Assembly: GCA_025603075.1 (NCBI GenBank)
Contig: MU626424.1
Location: 1-43,403 of the forward strand
Reading direction: 5' to 3'
DNA from: Neoconidiobolus thromboides FSU 785
Lineage: Eukaryota; Fungi; Entomophthoromycota
DNA: 43,403 nt
Position numbers and translations under genes: made by a program. The notes under the pieces were generated by a model. It saw nothing but the letters and a program-made list of their open reading frames with translations, made no database searches and had not been told where the DNA came from. Every line of letters begins with the position of its first letter. Within the stretch, counting starts at the first letter, position 1. Below are positions 24,041 through 38,509 of the stretch, piece after piece.

Positions 24041-24760
24041 TGGGATTAGCTTTGCTTTAGCCAATTCTAAAGTTCAAACGAAGTATTTATATAATAATTT
24101 GCAAATCATTTTATTCAGGAATAACAGGATGCTATTCTTTAGTTTTATGCTTTACGCTTTAAATTTTTTAGTAAATTAAATTATCGCGTTTATTTTCAAA
24201 ATTGGCTCAGAATTTAACATTGAGGGAAGAAAATACTTGGAACTTGTACAAATATAAAATAAAATTAATAATTTGTTTTTGGAGATGGTAAAACTGATAG
24301 CTATCAAAACTCAAAAATGCTTTTATTTATTAAAAATTAACCAAACATCTCTTTTTAACTTTGTCCACTTCTTAAATTTAAAATTGGGAGTTGTTGGTTA
24401 TGATCTTAAACAAAAAAGTATATCTGTATATATTATAGCTTACACCTATAAATTTACGATTCAAGATGATGAGAAATAGTAAATTATACACCAATAGTGC
24501 TATTAAAAATATATATATCCTCCAAAAATATATAATAGGAACTGGTATCCTATCAAATGCAGCCTTTTAAGCTACTTATCCTTGAATAAAAATAAATATC
24601 AAATGATAGCTTGTAATAAGTGAATTTCAAACAACAAATTTGATTGGTCAACTTTGATTTTGTAGTTTATTTTGGATAGTCAAAAATAGCAGTACTTTGA
24701 AAAATATAAGTAAATTATTATTTTAATACATTCATCTTTCGTTGTTGCTCTTATTTATTG

Positions 24761-26000
24761 ATGGACCTGATTTATACTTATGACGATAATGGTCAAATTT
24801 ATCCAACCTTTGCTTTTAACCTTGTCCTTAATACCAGCTCAATTGTTGGAGGTTTAATAGTAGTAATCACATCAATTGTAATGATGCTCAAAAAGGAAAG
24901 GTTGCTAGATAGAGTATCTATCCGTTTATCTACAATGATTTCATTAAATGATATTATACGCTCAGGGGTTATTATATTTTACAATAAATATGAAGAATCA
25001 GGTGCAATCTGTGAAGCAACAGCTATATCATTGACTTTTCTTACGTTAGTTTATATATTCTTATATATTTTTATGGCGTTTAATTCGCAGTTAATAATAA
25101 TTCATGATAAAGAGCTAAGTCCCAAAAGAGAATATTTTTATTGGGGTATAACAATTGCATTTTCATTTATATTAGCTATTTTACCTTACGGTGAGTTATT
25201 ATTTATAATACAGCGTAAAAAAAATTTAATTATTTGATAGTATATGGAATAATAGAGTATGATACTACTCTTAAGTCCTGTTTTTTTAAAGATTTTAAAG
25301 AGAAAAATTTTATTTGGTTAGTAACATCTTACCTATTCTGGGTTATCTTTGGGTGTTTTTATTGTATGATAATAGCAATATTAACTATCTTTGATATTGA
25401 GAAAAAAACAAAAAGCATTATGAATAAAATTTATAAAGAATCAAATCATACCGACTTGGTTTCTTCAATGCAGATAGATAAAGAACTTTATAAAATATTA
25501 CGGAAACTCAATAACAGAATGTAAGACATTTCATCTTCATATAATTTTATCTAACTCAATAATAGTTCTTTGTATTGCTTTATACCTACCATTACACATT
25601 TGGGGTTTGCAGCTAATTTAATATATTTATATTCTGTTAAAGAATATAGCACGGTTTTATTGTGGTGGTCAATTGTGGGAACTGGTAAAATACATATTGT
25701 TTTATATACCTGATTTTAATCTTTTTAGGTTTATCAGGTTTATTGAATTTAGTAGCTTTCTGCCTTGATCCTTCATTACATGCATCATTAATTAAAATAA
25801 GGGGAGATTATAATCATACTTTAAAAACTAGAAGTTTAATCCAAGGTGTTACGCTAGTTAGTAAAGACCCAGAACTTTCTCCAAAATGTACATTCCGTAA
25901 TTTAAACGACTCAATCAGACATCAACCAAGTTCCAGATCCGATCTCGAGTCTTACTACTTTTCCTCTAATCTTGTTAGTGACTTTATCAAATCTATTTAA
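24761..26000 (+). CDS. 7-TM GPCR-like receptor, paralog of 7477-8905 (3 introns)
   Basis: RLLDRVSIRL vs RLMDRVSLRF; YYWGITI vs WYWAISI; SCFFK vs FCYYK; GCFYC shared; LDPSL shared; the last two intron positions are shared. Confidence 0.75.
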
Positions 26001-26454
26001 TAATTAATATAGTTTAAGTAAGCGACCAGATGGTTTTAATTTTTGATTTGTAAGATTTTCTTATTCTTAAAACCCTATAAATGATGTACATGTAAAAATA
26101 AATTTTAATCATTTTTTTATGGTTTATATGAAAAATGCTAGGCTCTTATCCATAATTTTATCGCTTGAACACTTTTATTTTAAACCTTGATTATTTACCT
26201 TATAACCCAAATCAACAAAATATATATTTTATCATAATAGTATTATATACATTGATGTCATACATAAAAACTAGAATTTAATTTAAAATTATGTTGGTAA
26301 TAAATGAATTGCAAAATTTTAAAAGTATAAATGTGATAACAACTAAACTGATTGGTCACTAATAATAAAAACTCGAACGCCACCTAAAGAAAGATAAAAT
26401 GAACTGGCTAAAAACTTTTAAGTTTAGAGCAATAATTGCTAATTACAAAAAAAT

Positions 26455-27825
26455 ATGTCAGTGGTCGTAAGTTACAATAATAAATTATACTAAGGATAGC
26501 AATCACATTCAATCTAGAGTTTATTAGGCTTTGGTCCAGGGGCAGATATTGATATTAAATTTAAAGGAGAAACTAATAGACAGAAGGTAGATGTCAAAGT
26601 AGATAAGGATAAAAGAGAAACTCTTCCTCTATATTTTGATGGGGAAAGTGTTGCTGGGAAGGTAAAACAAGTTTAGGATAGTGATTTTTGGCATTTATAT
26701 TTCAAGATTACCATTAAATTGAATGGCGGAAAAAGACTTCAACATAACGGGATTAAAGTGGAACTCGTTGGGTTAATAGGTAAATAGCCATATTTTTCAT
26801 CTAATTTTTACTGAAAATGTAGAAATGTTTTACGACCGTGGAAATCATTATGAATTTACTTCATTAGTTCAAGAACTTTGTGCACCTGGGGAATTGAAAG
26901 ATACCACTTCTTTTGACTTTGAATTTAAAAATGTTGAAAAACCATATGAGTCATACCATGGGATCAATGTCAAGTTGAGGTACCTTAAACTAAAGTTTAT
27001 TTTCTATTATATTTATAAAATTAGATATTTTGTCCGTGCTGTAGCTTCTAAAAGATTATCAAATTTAGTCAAAGAAAGAGACATATGGGTACATTCTTAT
27101 AATTTACCAGCTGAACTTAACAATACCATAAAAATGGAGGTTGGTATAGAAGATTGTCTTCATATAGAATTTGAATATTCTAAGTCCATGTAATTAAATT
27201 ATCTTAAAAAAATTAATTTTAAAAAAAATTACTAGGTATCATTTAAAAGATGTTATTGTTGGAAAGATATACTTTTTATTGGTTAGAATTAAAATCAAGC
27301 ATATGGAATTATCTATTATTAGGAGAGAAACAACTGGAGCACGTAAATAAATTTATCTATTTAGACCACAATAAATTAATTTGTTTAGCACCAAACCAAT
27401 ATAATGAAAGTGAAACTATAACCAAATTTGAGATAATGGATGGAGCCCCTGTTAGAGGTAAATATTAAATTAGAAACTATTATTTATATCTCCTAAAATA
27501 ACATTTTAGGTGAAACTATTCCAATTCGTTTATTTATGGGTGGCTTTGAACTTACTCCAACCTACCACGATATCAATAAGAAGTTTTCAACCCGCTATTA
27601 TTTAAATTTAGTATTGATTGACGAAGAAAACAGACGTTATTTTAAACAGCAAGAGATTACTGTATATCGTAAAAGAGGTAATGCATCAATACATATTTTA
27701 TTAGCTTATTAACTCTATTTTTAGAACAAAATACAGAAATTGAACCTCAAGTTCAACAAACTATCGAAAATGGCTCTACAAATCATCAAGAAACTGCTGA
27801 AACGGATTCGGATGATGATTTATAA
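26455..27825 (+). CDS. VPS26: Retromer subunit Vps26
   Basis: LLGFGPGADIDIKF...PLYFDGESVAGK, KRLQHNGIKVELVG, FYDRGNHYEFTSLVQEL, FEFKNVEKPYESYHGINVKLRY, IKMEVGIEDCLHIEFEY, FEIMDGAPVRG, ETIPIRLF, RYYLNLVLIDEENRRYFKQQEI. Confidence 0.95.
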
Positions 27826-28713
27826 ACAAGTTAAAGGACAATATGCAATCTTATTACTCTAGTCAGATCTATTTTATAAACTTAATGGCTATTTTGGCTA
27901 TTCATTTGATAATGATATAAAAATTAGTTTAAATTTTTATCTATAATTTTTTGAAGTTAATTGTCAAATTGTTATTTATATTATAAATCATGATATTATT
28001 AGGAGAAAAAACCACTTTGCTAATTTAGATTCGATATCATTCATCAATCGTTTTTAGATTTTTTTACAAACATCAATTCGAATAAATGATTTTAAAATTA
28101 ATATAGTAAAATAATAACTCCACAAGCTAAAGAATGGGAATGCATCCTTTTCTATTTAGATCAATCATTTTTCATTTTTACTGATTAACTTATTTTGACT
28201 TATTTACTATCTTTTAATTGTTTTTATTTTCATTGTTTATGAATACAATATTATTATCAGTCACTTGAATAAAATTCACTTGTTCTAGATATTACCATGA
28301 AAATATACTATTTTTATGGCAATATATAAGTTTTAGCTATACTTATCAAATTCATTTGTTAAGTTTAAATAACTAAAGGATAGATAGTGATTAATGAGAT
28401 TAGCAACGCTTAGGAATTCGACAAATACGATGAGCAATCTAACAAAAGATGAGTAGTATTAACAAAAGCTATTAGTTGAAATGATAGTTATACTAATTTA
28501 TACTAGCAAATATTTGATTAATATCAAAATAAGTCAATAAATATCTTTTTAGAACCAATAAAGAGTAAAAATAGCTTTGTATATATGAAATATGAATAAA
28601 CTTTATTAAGTACTATTACAATTAAAATATCAACTCAAAAAGATAAAGGTTATATAACAGATTATTTCTAAAGGAATAGCGTAGATGTAAATTAATGGAT
28701 AAACTTTATACTT

Positions 28714-31700
28714 TTATGACAAATTCAAAGTCTCATCTTGTTGGTGAATTGAAGCTAAAGCCTGAGGATCATGTAAAATAGAGTGAAGAGCATTTGGAGC
28801 CAAATAACCTAAATCGTCTAATAGAGGATTGGCTTTGGCTGGGTAAAGAGTGTTATTGTCTCTCAAATGACATAAAGTTTTAATTAATAACTTTCTCTTA
28901 TCCCTTTCAAAATCGACCCATCGTTTCATAATGATATGGCTGGAATCAAATTCTCCTTCCTTTTTACCATGATCTTCACTTTCACTACTCTCACCTTGCA
29001 CCATTCTGGTTTGACCCCATGAAAAGTCATCAAAGTGCCAGTAAGCATATACAGGTAACACAAAATTCCATATTGGTAAACTAAGCAAATAAACCAACAT
29101 CCATCCTACATACACCATTTTACGGGTAGTAAAAGTAATAAGTACCGCAGGTAAACCAAGGATTGCAGCTAATAAAAGTAAAGGTATGATAGGAACCGGT
29201 TTGACAAAAAAAGAAATAACAATAAGATAAAGAGTAAAAGTGATAGCCGCAGGTAATACAACAGTACCCACTAATTCCATAAAAATAACAAATTGCATAC
29301 TAAAACAAAAGGTACCACACAAGTCTCTTATCAATACTAATTCTAATAAATTGTGTACAGTAGAATTAATCCATCGTCGACGTTGAGATAACAATACTTG
29401 AAACTCGTCAGGTACAATGGTTTTACATATGGCTTGAGGTACAAACAACATTTTACGCTTTGGAAAGGTACGCAGCATTAAAGTGGTCAAGTAACGATCT
29501 TCACCAAGTAACAATAAATTTTTCTTATGAAGAGTATCAACCACATTCTCAGAATAATTTTCAACAATGTCTGGGTTAGCTAAAATAGGTACCCAATAAC
29601 CATGGCGTCCTTTAGGTGCTTTGATACGATACATACAAAAGCAGCCTGGTAAACAAGTAACACCACCAAAGATAGACTCAAAAGCTTTTGATAAATGGTG
29701 AGAGATATAATATTCAAAAACTTGAATCATTGTCACCCAACTTTGAGTTTTATTCGCTATCTTTGTTTCACCACATAAACCCATCACAGTCACATCCTTT
29801 ACCATAACAGCAACCATCTTAGTTAGTGAATCAGGATATACTTTGGTGTCTGCATCGACCATTAACACTATCTCATAAGAATCTGGTGGAATACCAGTGA
29901 TACCCCACATTCCGTTAAACATTTCATAATCTAACTCACTTAATCTTTCATCAAACATGATTCTTTGTAAAAAGGCCATTAAAATAATCTGGCCATCTCT
30001 TTTACCACGGTTACCTGGTTTACTTTGCCCTCTTTCTTCTTCCGTACCCACCTTAACTATTAATATCATTGGTACTTTTACTTGCAATTCTTTGATGACA
30101 GTGGTATCATCGTAGTTGTAATACCCTGAGTATACTTTAGCCATATTATGTCTCTTTTTACCATCTGCTAAAGCAACATAAGAATGAGCTTTGACTTTTT
30201 CAGGGGGGATTAAAAAATCTTTCATCATTGATAAGCAAATGTCTGGAGTAGATTGTTCATTCCCAGCACCAGTAATAATACCATCGCATACAACATATAA
30301 TAGTTTGTGAGAAGAAGGATAGTCTGTTAATGCTAAAGAGTCAAAAGTAGTCCTTAATCCTTTTACACCTTCAGAATAACAGGTAACTAATAGTAAAGTA
30401 TGTGCTAATGCGAAATTATAAGGTTGGAAGTTTAAAGGAGGAGGAAGGGGAGTACGATGTCTACTTTTTATGATATCCACTAAGGGACTGTTTAGATTTT
30501 CACTCAAATCTTCTAATGATTCGGTATTGGAAGTGGAATAATAATTAGATACCTTTGTACTGTTATTGTTGTTACTATTTACCATTGAAGATGAAGAGAT
30601 AGATAATCTTGAATTTGAAGCTTGATTGCTATTCAAAAATAGCTTACTTTTACTGCTTCTTATTCCTGGTGCTTCACCAGGCAAAGGAATAGAGAATCTA
30701 GATGTTTGAGGCAGAAAGGAGGATCTTTTTAGGCTATTGGTATCCGGTGGATGATTTAATGAATTGTTGATATTAGTGGTTGAAAATCTCGCTCTATCTA
30801 TAATAACCGGATTCATTAAATCATGGTAATTGTTACACCAATTTTCGATTAGTTCTAACCTTTTGTGTCTCTCTTCTTTCGTTTCTTCATGAATCAAACC
30901 TAATTTACGTGATAATACCCAACCAAAAAATAAGGCCATAAAAAATTTACATAAGACAACACCAATAATAACTATTAATGACATGTATAATATAATGTTT
31001 GAAGAAATACATCCAATAGATTGAGTATCTAAAACACCGATTTTTAATATCTGTTCCATACACAAACCTAACTCTAAATTTTGATTTGCTAACAAATAAC
31101 TAACATCTTTGTTACGTATTTCCTTAGCATTGTTCAATATCATCTCAAACTCACTATTCAATTGTATATCACTCAATAGATAATCTAACCTATTCATATC
31201 TAAAATACTCCCATTAAAGATCAAATATCTTTGACTACTTTTTTTAATATCATCCCAAGTAAAGTATAATTGGCCCATAAATTTCAAAGACTTCAATGCT
31301 TTATTAACATCCACGTTCAAATGACACCCCACTCTTTCAGCATTTGTATCCTTACTTATACTGTTGTTCACTACAGCACAAGGGAAATAAGTTACAGGAT
31401 ATTCATTAGGTTGGGAAGGATTCTTTAAAGAGATAAATGATTTACAGTGCCTATTTGTCGTTTGAAAATAGAAAGATAAATCTTTTCCATAGTAATCCCC
31501 CAAATTACTACCCTCCGGAAACATTTCATTGGCACTATGAATGTATTTAGATAAGTTGTACACATTCCCATTAACAACAACCTGTGATCCACCTAAGCCA
31601 TCTTTGGCTGGTATTCTTAATAGCTCATTACTACTACACAATACAGACTGCAGTCCAAAAGTCAAAAACCCAACACCTAAACATAACAAAACAATGATGG

Positions 31701-32300
31701 TCACCAACCCCATCTTTTCTCTCCAAGCTTGCTGCATCATTGGATCTTTTTTACCAAACATGGCTAGCAAAAAGTTAGGAGCATAAAAAGTAACAGCATA
31801 ACAAAATATATTCCAAAGAGATGGAAAGTTAGATTTAATAGAATTCATATAATTATTTGCATAGTAACTATTAGTTAAGGTAATGTCTTCTTTAGAACTA
31901 GATTTAATTGGGTTTAAATGAGCATGTGCGTTATAGCGTCGACTTGCCCCACGCATAAAATCTTTTTTAAGACTATGCTTACGCTTATCAATAGTTTTCA
32001 TTCTCTCTATTAAGTTTAAGCTTTTTTTATTGTTTTTCAAAGCATCATTGTGGCTCAAGGTCTTAATCAAACTAACCTGATGTTGCTCACCACCTTTACG
32101 ACTCACTTTACGCTGTATCTCTTCCGATATTATCCTCTTTATTGCTAAAGGACTTTCTTTGATAGTGACATTATCAGGAATCTTCAATTGATCTAGATAT
32201 AATGATTAATATATGAACTAACATGTTATAACATTACGTTGTGCTTACCTTCAATCAATTTTTCATTCGGATTATTACTATCCTTTTCTTTATCCATCAT
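28714..32300 (-). CDS. Chitin synthase, division 2 class IV (Chs3-like)
   Basis: Short first exon MMDKEKDSNNPNEKLIE, a GTAAG intron, then one long exon; QAWREK, b5-like region, VTCYSEG, KPGNRGKRD, MVDADT, CLPGCF, LGEDRYLT, SQRRRW, DDFSWG; no myosin motor. Confidence 0.93.
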
Positions 32301-33820
32301 GTATAAAAATAAAAAAAACAAATTCAAATAATATTAAATTAATAGTTATTAATATCAGTTTTATTGTTTGAATAAATTAATTTTATCAACATTGATTAGT
32401 AACGGTTAATATATCTTTTTCAATTTTATCATTTGTTATTATCTATTTTAGGCTTTTTTAAACGTTGTCTTTTTGGAGTTAAGAAAAAGCCTATACAATT
32501 TTTAATTTATTTTGGTTATCAATTTCTGTTTATTAAATTGTTATTGTCACTGAAGTAATAATGTTAACTTATCATTTTTAATATCAATATATTTATTCAT
32601 CATAACTATGATATCTACGATATTATTACTAATATTATAAATGAAACACCTAATTCTAACTTTATTATTTTTATTATATTTTAATAAAAAAAGTTCCCCA
32701 TTAAACTCACACTTTATTTTTATTTTTTCTTGGTAAATTATAAAAATTGGCCCTATCAACCCCAAAGTTTAAAATACTTTATTTCAAATAAAAAGGGCAT
32801 AATAATATTAGAAAATTAGTATTATTAGTTAAAATAGTTTTTACTCAATTTTATTTTTAGAAATCATGAATTATTTTAAGATATTAAATTTTAATATTAA
32901 TTACTTTAGCTTTATATTGTACTATAAATAGTTGTTTATAATTGATAAGTTGAGCTAGAAATGACACCTTAATTATATATTAGATAGACTGTATAATGAA
33001 ATAAAAATAAAATTTTAAAAGTAAATAGTTATTTAATATAAGTTTTTTATACATCACCTTCTAAAACAATTTCTCTTATACCAAACTATATATTTAAATT
33101 TACTATTTAATAAAAACCGATATCTTGAATTAAATAGATTTTTAAAAGCTTTCTATAATGTTCTTATTCAAACCTTGCATTTTTAAATAATATAATGAAT
33201 CCTTTATTATAGTAGTTATAAATTATCTTTTATAATGTCATAGCATTTACTTTAATTACACTTTAAATTATTCGAAAACTAAGCATTAAAAAGAATCGAT
33301 TTTTTTAAATCTTCCTCTATAGAATTTTTGAGTGATTGATTTCAAGAAATTTTGAAGTTTTACTACACTATGTGAGCTTAAGTTCAATTTTTATATTAAT
33401 GTTATTCAATAATTTTTTCAAATCGAATATTACATTATGAAATTCTATAGTCTTATGAATAGCAGTACTAATTAATATGAGTTTTAATTATTAAACGAGG
33501 TTAACTTGGAATCTTCTAGATATACTAAATAGGCTAACAGCTTCACTTTCACTTTTGTCTTATTGGATCCCATTCTTTGGCTCAGCAAACTTTTGCAAAA
33601 AAGCATTACGAAATCACAGAACCATCTGATAAAAAAATCAAAAAATTCGCAATCTATTTTTTATATAGCTTTTAATAGCAGATCGGGTTTATAATATAGT
33701 TAATTAGTGGTAGTATCTTGAAAAGTAGATCTAAGGAAATTAAATTATTTTGGTAACATTTGATATATTAGTATTATAATAGTTTTTTAATCCATTTAAG
33801 TTAAATAAAACCAAGTTTTG

Positions 33821-36800
33821 ATGACCATTTTACCTCTAAACTTTTTGAGAGGAAGTTTAAACGGTAACTTAAAAAGGTTGAGTCAAAGCCTTTTAAATAC
33901 ACCGTCTCATAATGCTATAAATAATCTGTTTACAGTTGCAGGTAAAAACAAAGGTGAAATAAACCAAATCACCAAACCAATTGACAGTACTTTAATATTA
34001 AGCTTGACCCTTAAAAGAACTTTTTTTAATAGTGTAATAACTAGAGAAAAAGACAATGATGATAAAGATGATAAAAAAAACATTAAAATTGATGAGGAAA
34101 AAGAAGATAGTAAAGAAAGTGAAGCAAAAGAGGATAAAGAAGAGACTGAAGTAAAAGAAAAAAGCGAGGAAAAGAAGGAAGATTTGAAAAAAGAAAAGGA
34201 GGAAAAAAATAAAGAAGAAAAAGACGATAAAGACCAAGATCCCATTAATATTATCAAAAAAGCAGTATCAGTTATTGATAGTGGGATTCAAAAGCCTAGT
34301 GTACCTGAAGTTTACCCACAACTACTTTCGATTCCAATAACTAGAAGGCCATTGTTTCCAGGGTTTTATAAGGCAGTAGTAGTTAAAAACCCAGATGTTA
34401 TTTCGGCAATCAAAGAACTTATGAAGCGAGGACAGCCTTACATAAGTGCTTTTTTATTAAAGGATGATAATTTGGATATCGACACTATTGAGAATATGGA
34501 TCAGGTTTATAATGTAGGTGTGTTTGCTCAGATTACGTCAATTTTCCCTTCAACTTCAGGAGAAGAAAATTCCTTAACTGCTGTTTTATATCCACATCGT
34601 CGTATTAGAATGTCTTCAGTTATCAATGATCCAGTTGTAGAAAAAGAAAATAAAGAAGAATCCAATAAACCCATTGAAGCCAGTTTTGAAACGGAAGTCG
34701 ATAATGAAGGTAATTTAAATTCAAGAATTGATAATAATTTTATTAACAGTGCAATTTGTTAGATGAAAACGCTACAATTCAATCTAGTCTATTAAGAGGA
34801 AAATATGCTGTTTCTATATCAAATGTTGAAAATATTCAAGATGAACCATGTAATAAAAAGAACCCAATGGTACGTGCTATTACAACAGAAATGGTATCCG
34901 CTTTTAAAGATATTGCTGCACTTAACTCATTCTTTCGTGATCAAATTGCTAACTTTTCAGTCGCTCAATATGCTGGCAATGTATTTGATGAACCTGGTAA
35001 ACTTGCTGATTTTGCAGCTGCTATGTCTTCTGGTGAATCTAAAGAAATACAAGAGGTCCTTGAATCCTTGGTTATCGAAGAAAGGCTACAAAAATCTTTA
35101 GTTTTATTAAAGAAGGAATTGGTAAATGCACAATTGCAAAGTAAAATAAGTAAGGATGTGGATGCTAAGATAGCCAAAAGACAAAGAGAATATTACCTAA
35201 TGGAACAATTGAAAGGTATCAAAAGTGAATTAGGACTTGAATCCGATGGGAAAGATAAATTAGTCGAGCAATTTAAAGAAAAAGCAAATGAATTGAATAT
35301 GCCAGACGATGTACGTAAAGTATTTGATGAAGAGTTGATCAAATTAAACCATTTGGAACCAGCATCGAGTGAGTTTAATGTCACTCGAAATTATCTTGAT
35401 TGGCTTACAGTAATCCCATGGGGGAAACGAGGTCCAGAAAATTATGATTTAAAGAATGCTATCAAAGTATTAGATGAAGATCATTATGGCCTTAAAGATG
35501 TTAAAGATCGTATCTTGGAATTTATTGCAGTCGGGAAATTGAGAGGTACTGTTGAAGGTAAAATTATTTGTTTAGCTGGACCACCCGGAGTTGGTAAAAC
35601 ATCCATTGGAAAATCTATAGCTAGGGCTTTGGGTAGAGAATTTTATCGTTTCAGTGTGGGCGGGTTAACGGATGTTGCAGAAATCAAAGGGCATCGTAGA
35701 ACTTATGTTGGTGCTATGCCTGGTAAGGTAGTGCAAGCTTTAAAAAAGGTACAAACAGAAAATCCATTGATTCTTATCGATGAAGTCGACAAAATTGGTC
35801 GTGGACACCAAGGTGATCCTTCTTCAGCACTTTTAGAACTTTTAGACCCTGAACAAAATTCTAGCTTCTTAGATCATTATATGGATGTTCATATTGATTT
35901 ATCACGTGTCCTATTTGTATGTACTGCCAATGTCATTGATACAATACCTGGACCGCTTTTAGATCGCATGGAAGTCATTCAATTATCCGGTTATATTGCT
36001 GATGAGAAAGCAGCTATAGCCTCAAAATATTTGGCGCCTCAAGCTAAAGAAGCATGTGGCTTAGAGAATGTCCAAGTCGATTTACAACTAGATACCATCG
36101 AAGCTATTATCAAGAATTATTGTCGAGAATCAGGTGTTAGAAATTTGAAAAAATTTATTGAAAAAATTTATCGTAAAGTAGCATTCAAATTGGTAAAGGA
36201 GCATGAAGCTAAAGAGCCTGTTCCTCCAGCTACTGAAGAACCAACCAAACGTAAACGCAAATCTAAAAAGAATCAAGAAGTTCTAAAGTTGGATGTATCT
36301 GATGCTTCAGTTACTATTACTCCAGATTGCCTTAAAGAATATGTTGGTCCTCCTATCTTTACTTCAGATCGACTTTATGAAACAACTCCACCAGGTGTAG
36401 TTATGGGTTTAGCATGGACATCAATGGGTAAGATTTATCGTTATTATATTTTATTACTTATTAAACTTAAATAATATAGGCGGATCTTCTTTATATATTG
36501 AATCTGTTCTTGAGTCAGCTTTGAACTCGGAGTCAAAGCCAGGGTTTACACGTACCGGTCAACTTGGAGATGTCATGAAAGAATCTTCGACAATTGCTTA
36601 TACCTTTTCACGCAGCTACTTGGCAAGAAAGTTCCCAAACAACCACTTTTTTGATAAAGCATCCGTGCATCTACACGTACCAGAAGGAGCCACTCCAAAA
36701 GATGGACCTTCTGCTGGTATAACTATGACCACTTCTTTGGTATCTCTTGCCCTAGATAAACCTATTGCCCCAACAGTAGCAATGACTGGCGAAATTACAT

Positions 36801-37033
36801 TAACTGGTAAGGTACTAAAGATTGGAGGCTTAAAAGAAAAGACTATTGCTGCTAAAAGGTCAGGAGTTACTACAATTATTTGCCCGGGAGCTAACAAGCC
36901 GGATTGGGAAGAGTTAGAAGATTATATTAGAGAAGGGTTAACTTGTCATTTTGTTGAATGGTTTGATGAGATACCACCTATTTTGGAATTGACTACGGAT
37001 AACAGGAAGCCTATACCTGTTAAAAATGATTAA
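33821..37033 (+). CDS. PIM1: Mitochondrial Lon protease (2 introns)
   Basis: Arg-containing presequence, [10 protein letters not shown]-domain, Walker [10 protein letters not shown], Walker B LIDEVDK, catalytic KDGPSAG and IGGLKEK; introns near 34711-34760 and 36429-36479 join the three track ORFs. Confidence 0.96.
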
Positions 37034-37234
37034 AAATTAATTTTAAAAATTAAAATTAAATTATAATTTAAATTGAATTATTTATTATACTTTATAAAAT
37101 GACAAAAATAAATTTAAATGGATTAAATAATGATTGGCTTAAAGATAGTAACTTTTTAATAGTATCTTTCAAAAACAAAAATAACTAACATTATCAATTA
37201 TAAGCATTAATTATATAGAGATTAGAGTATTATG

Positions 37235-37576
37235 CTAGTTCCCCTGCCACTTATAAAATTTAGTTAGAATGAATTATAGTAATAACAAATAGCTTTACCT
37301 TCATACCATCAACCGCTTGCACATGTTTGTATTCATCTTTTATAGACTTTACATTTTTATAGCTTATCCTCCTGTTAATACCTATTTTGTTATTTTTAGC
37401 CAGCTGATAATTGAATTAGAAGTTATCATAAAATTATTTTATAAAAGTCTTACTTTTTTTAGTCGATTTTCAGTAGCTAATAAAAGTTTGGCTTGATCAA
37501 TTTCACCTTGATTAATGTATTTGAACTCTTTGTCGAGTTCTTTATCATTACTTAACTTTGGACAACAATTTCCCAT
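37235..37576 (-). CDS. Small SVIP-like lipidated protein, paralog A (3 exons, ~80 aa)
   Basis: MGNCCPKLSNDKELDKEFKYINQGEIDQAKLLLATENRLKK/LAKNNKIG...VDGMK/WQGN*. Same exon layout as 38510-38985. Not in the ORF track. Confidence 0.7.
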
Positions 37577-38509
37577 TTTTTATTTTTTATTTTTTATTTT
37601 GATTTCTTTTACCTTTATATACTTTTCAATTTAACTTGAATTTTTTATAAATTCCTGTTTGATTTACCTTTTTAATATCTAGAACTTATTTTGGAAAGTT
37701 TTGGAACAACAGAATAAGTACCACTTTCCAAATTTTTTTAAGATGGATAATATTAAATTATTCAAGCCTTCACCTTTTAAAATAGTATGTTAATGTCCCA
37801 TAATAGCATCATATCATAAAAAGTAGGTATAGTTTAATATAAATAGTGTAACAAAGGTAGAAATAACCACTTATAAAAAAATTTACTGATTGATAGCTTT
37901 TTATACTTTGTTCTATTTACTCAGAATCCGCAGCATTAGAATAATAATGTAATCAGTGTTTATTTCTATTATATTTGCTTAATAGCTTATCTTGTACTTT
38001 TGTTCAAGATAAGTTACTAATCCCTATTAGTGTCATTTCATTATTCCATTAAAAATCCTTTATTTTTTTGATAGTTTATATCTTGAGTTTTATGTTATAA
38101 GCTACTTGCTGTAACAAATTTTATCCAAGAATACTAATATTATTAGTACAAGCTTAAAGCATCCTGAAAAGTAATCTTAACCAGTAATAATAGACTATCA
38201 TTATTAAATATGTTATATATTAAACGTTTATTTTGCAAACATTGTATGATTTAAATTATATATATGATTTTAGTAAATGTTATGAAGATAAAGTACCAAT
38301 TTAGGATAGTGGAAGATCCTTAATTACCATTATCCATATGGAATTAAAATAAAAAATAACTAAATATAAAACAGTAGCTAATTATTCTTATAAATTATAT
38401 TATAGATTAAACTGATTTTCGATTCCAACAATACTAAACTTAACAAACAGGCTTTCAAAAATAGAAAATAGCAACATAAAATTGACTTAAAACCATCTTT
38501 CCCCCTTTC

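Noticed and set aside
25190-25240. Apparent frameshift between overlapping ORFs 24758-25237 and 25234-25524
   Set aside because: Explained by a GTGAG...TAG intron that restores the frame (LPY/VYGIIEY).
3521-37033. Non-standard genetic code
   Set aside because: Thiolase, chitin synthase, Lon and GH16 read through long exons with conserved motifs intact in the standard code.
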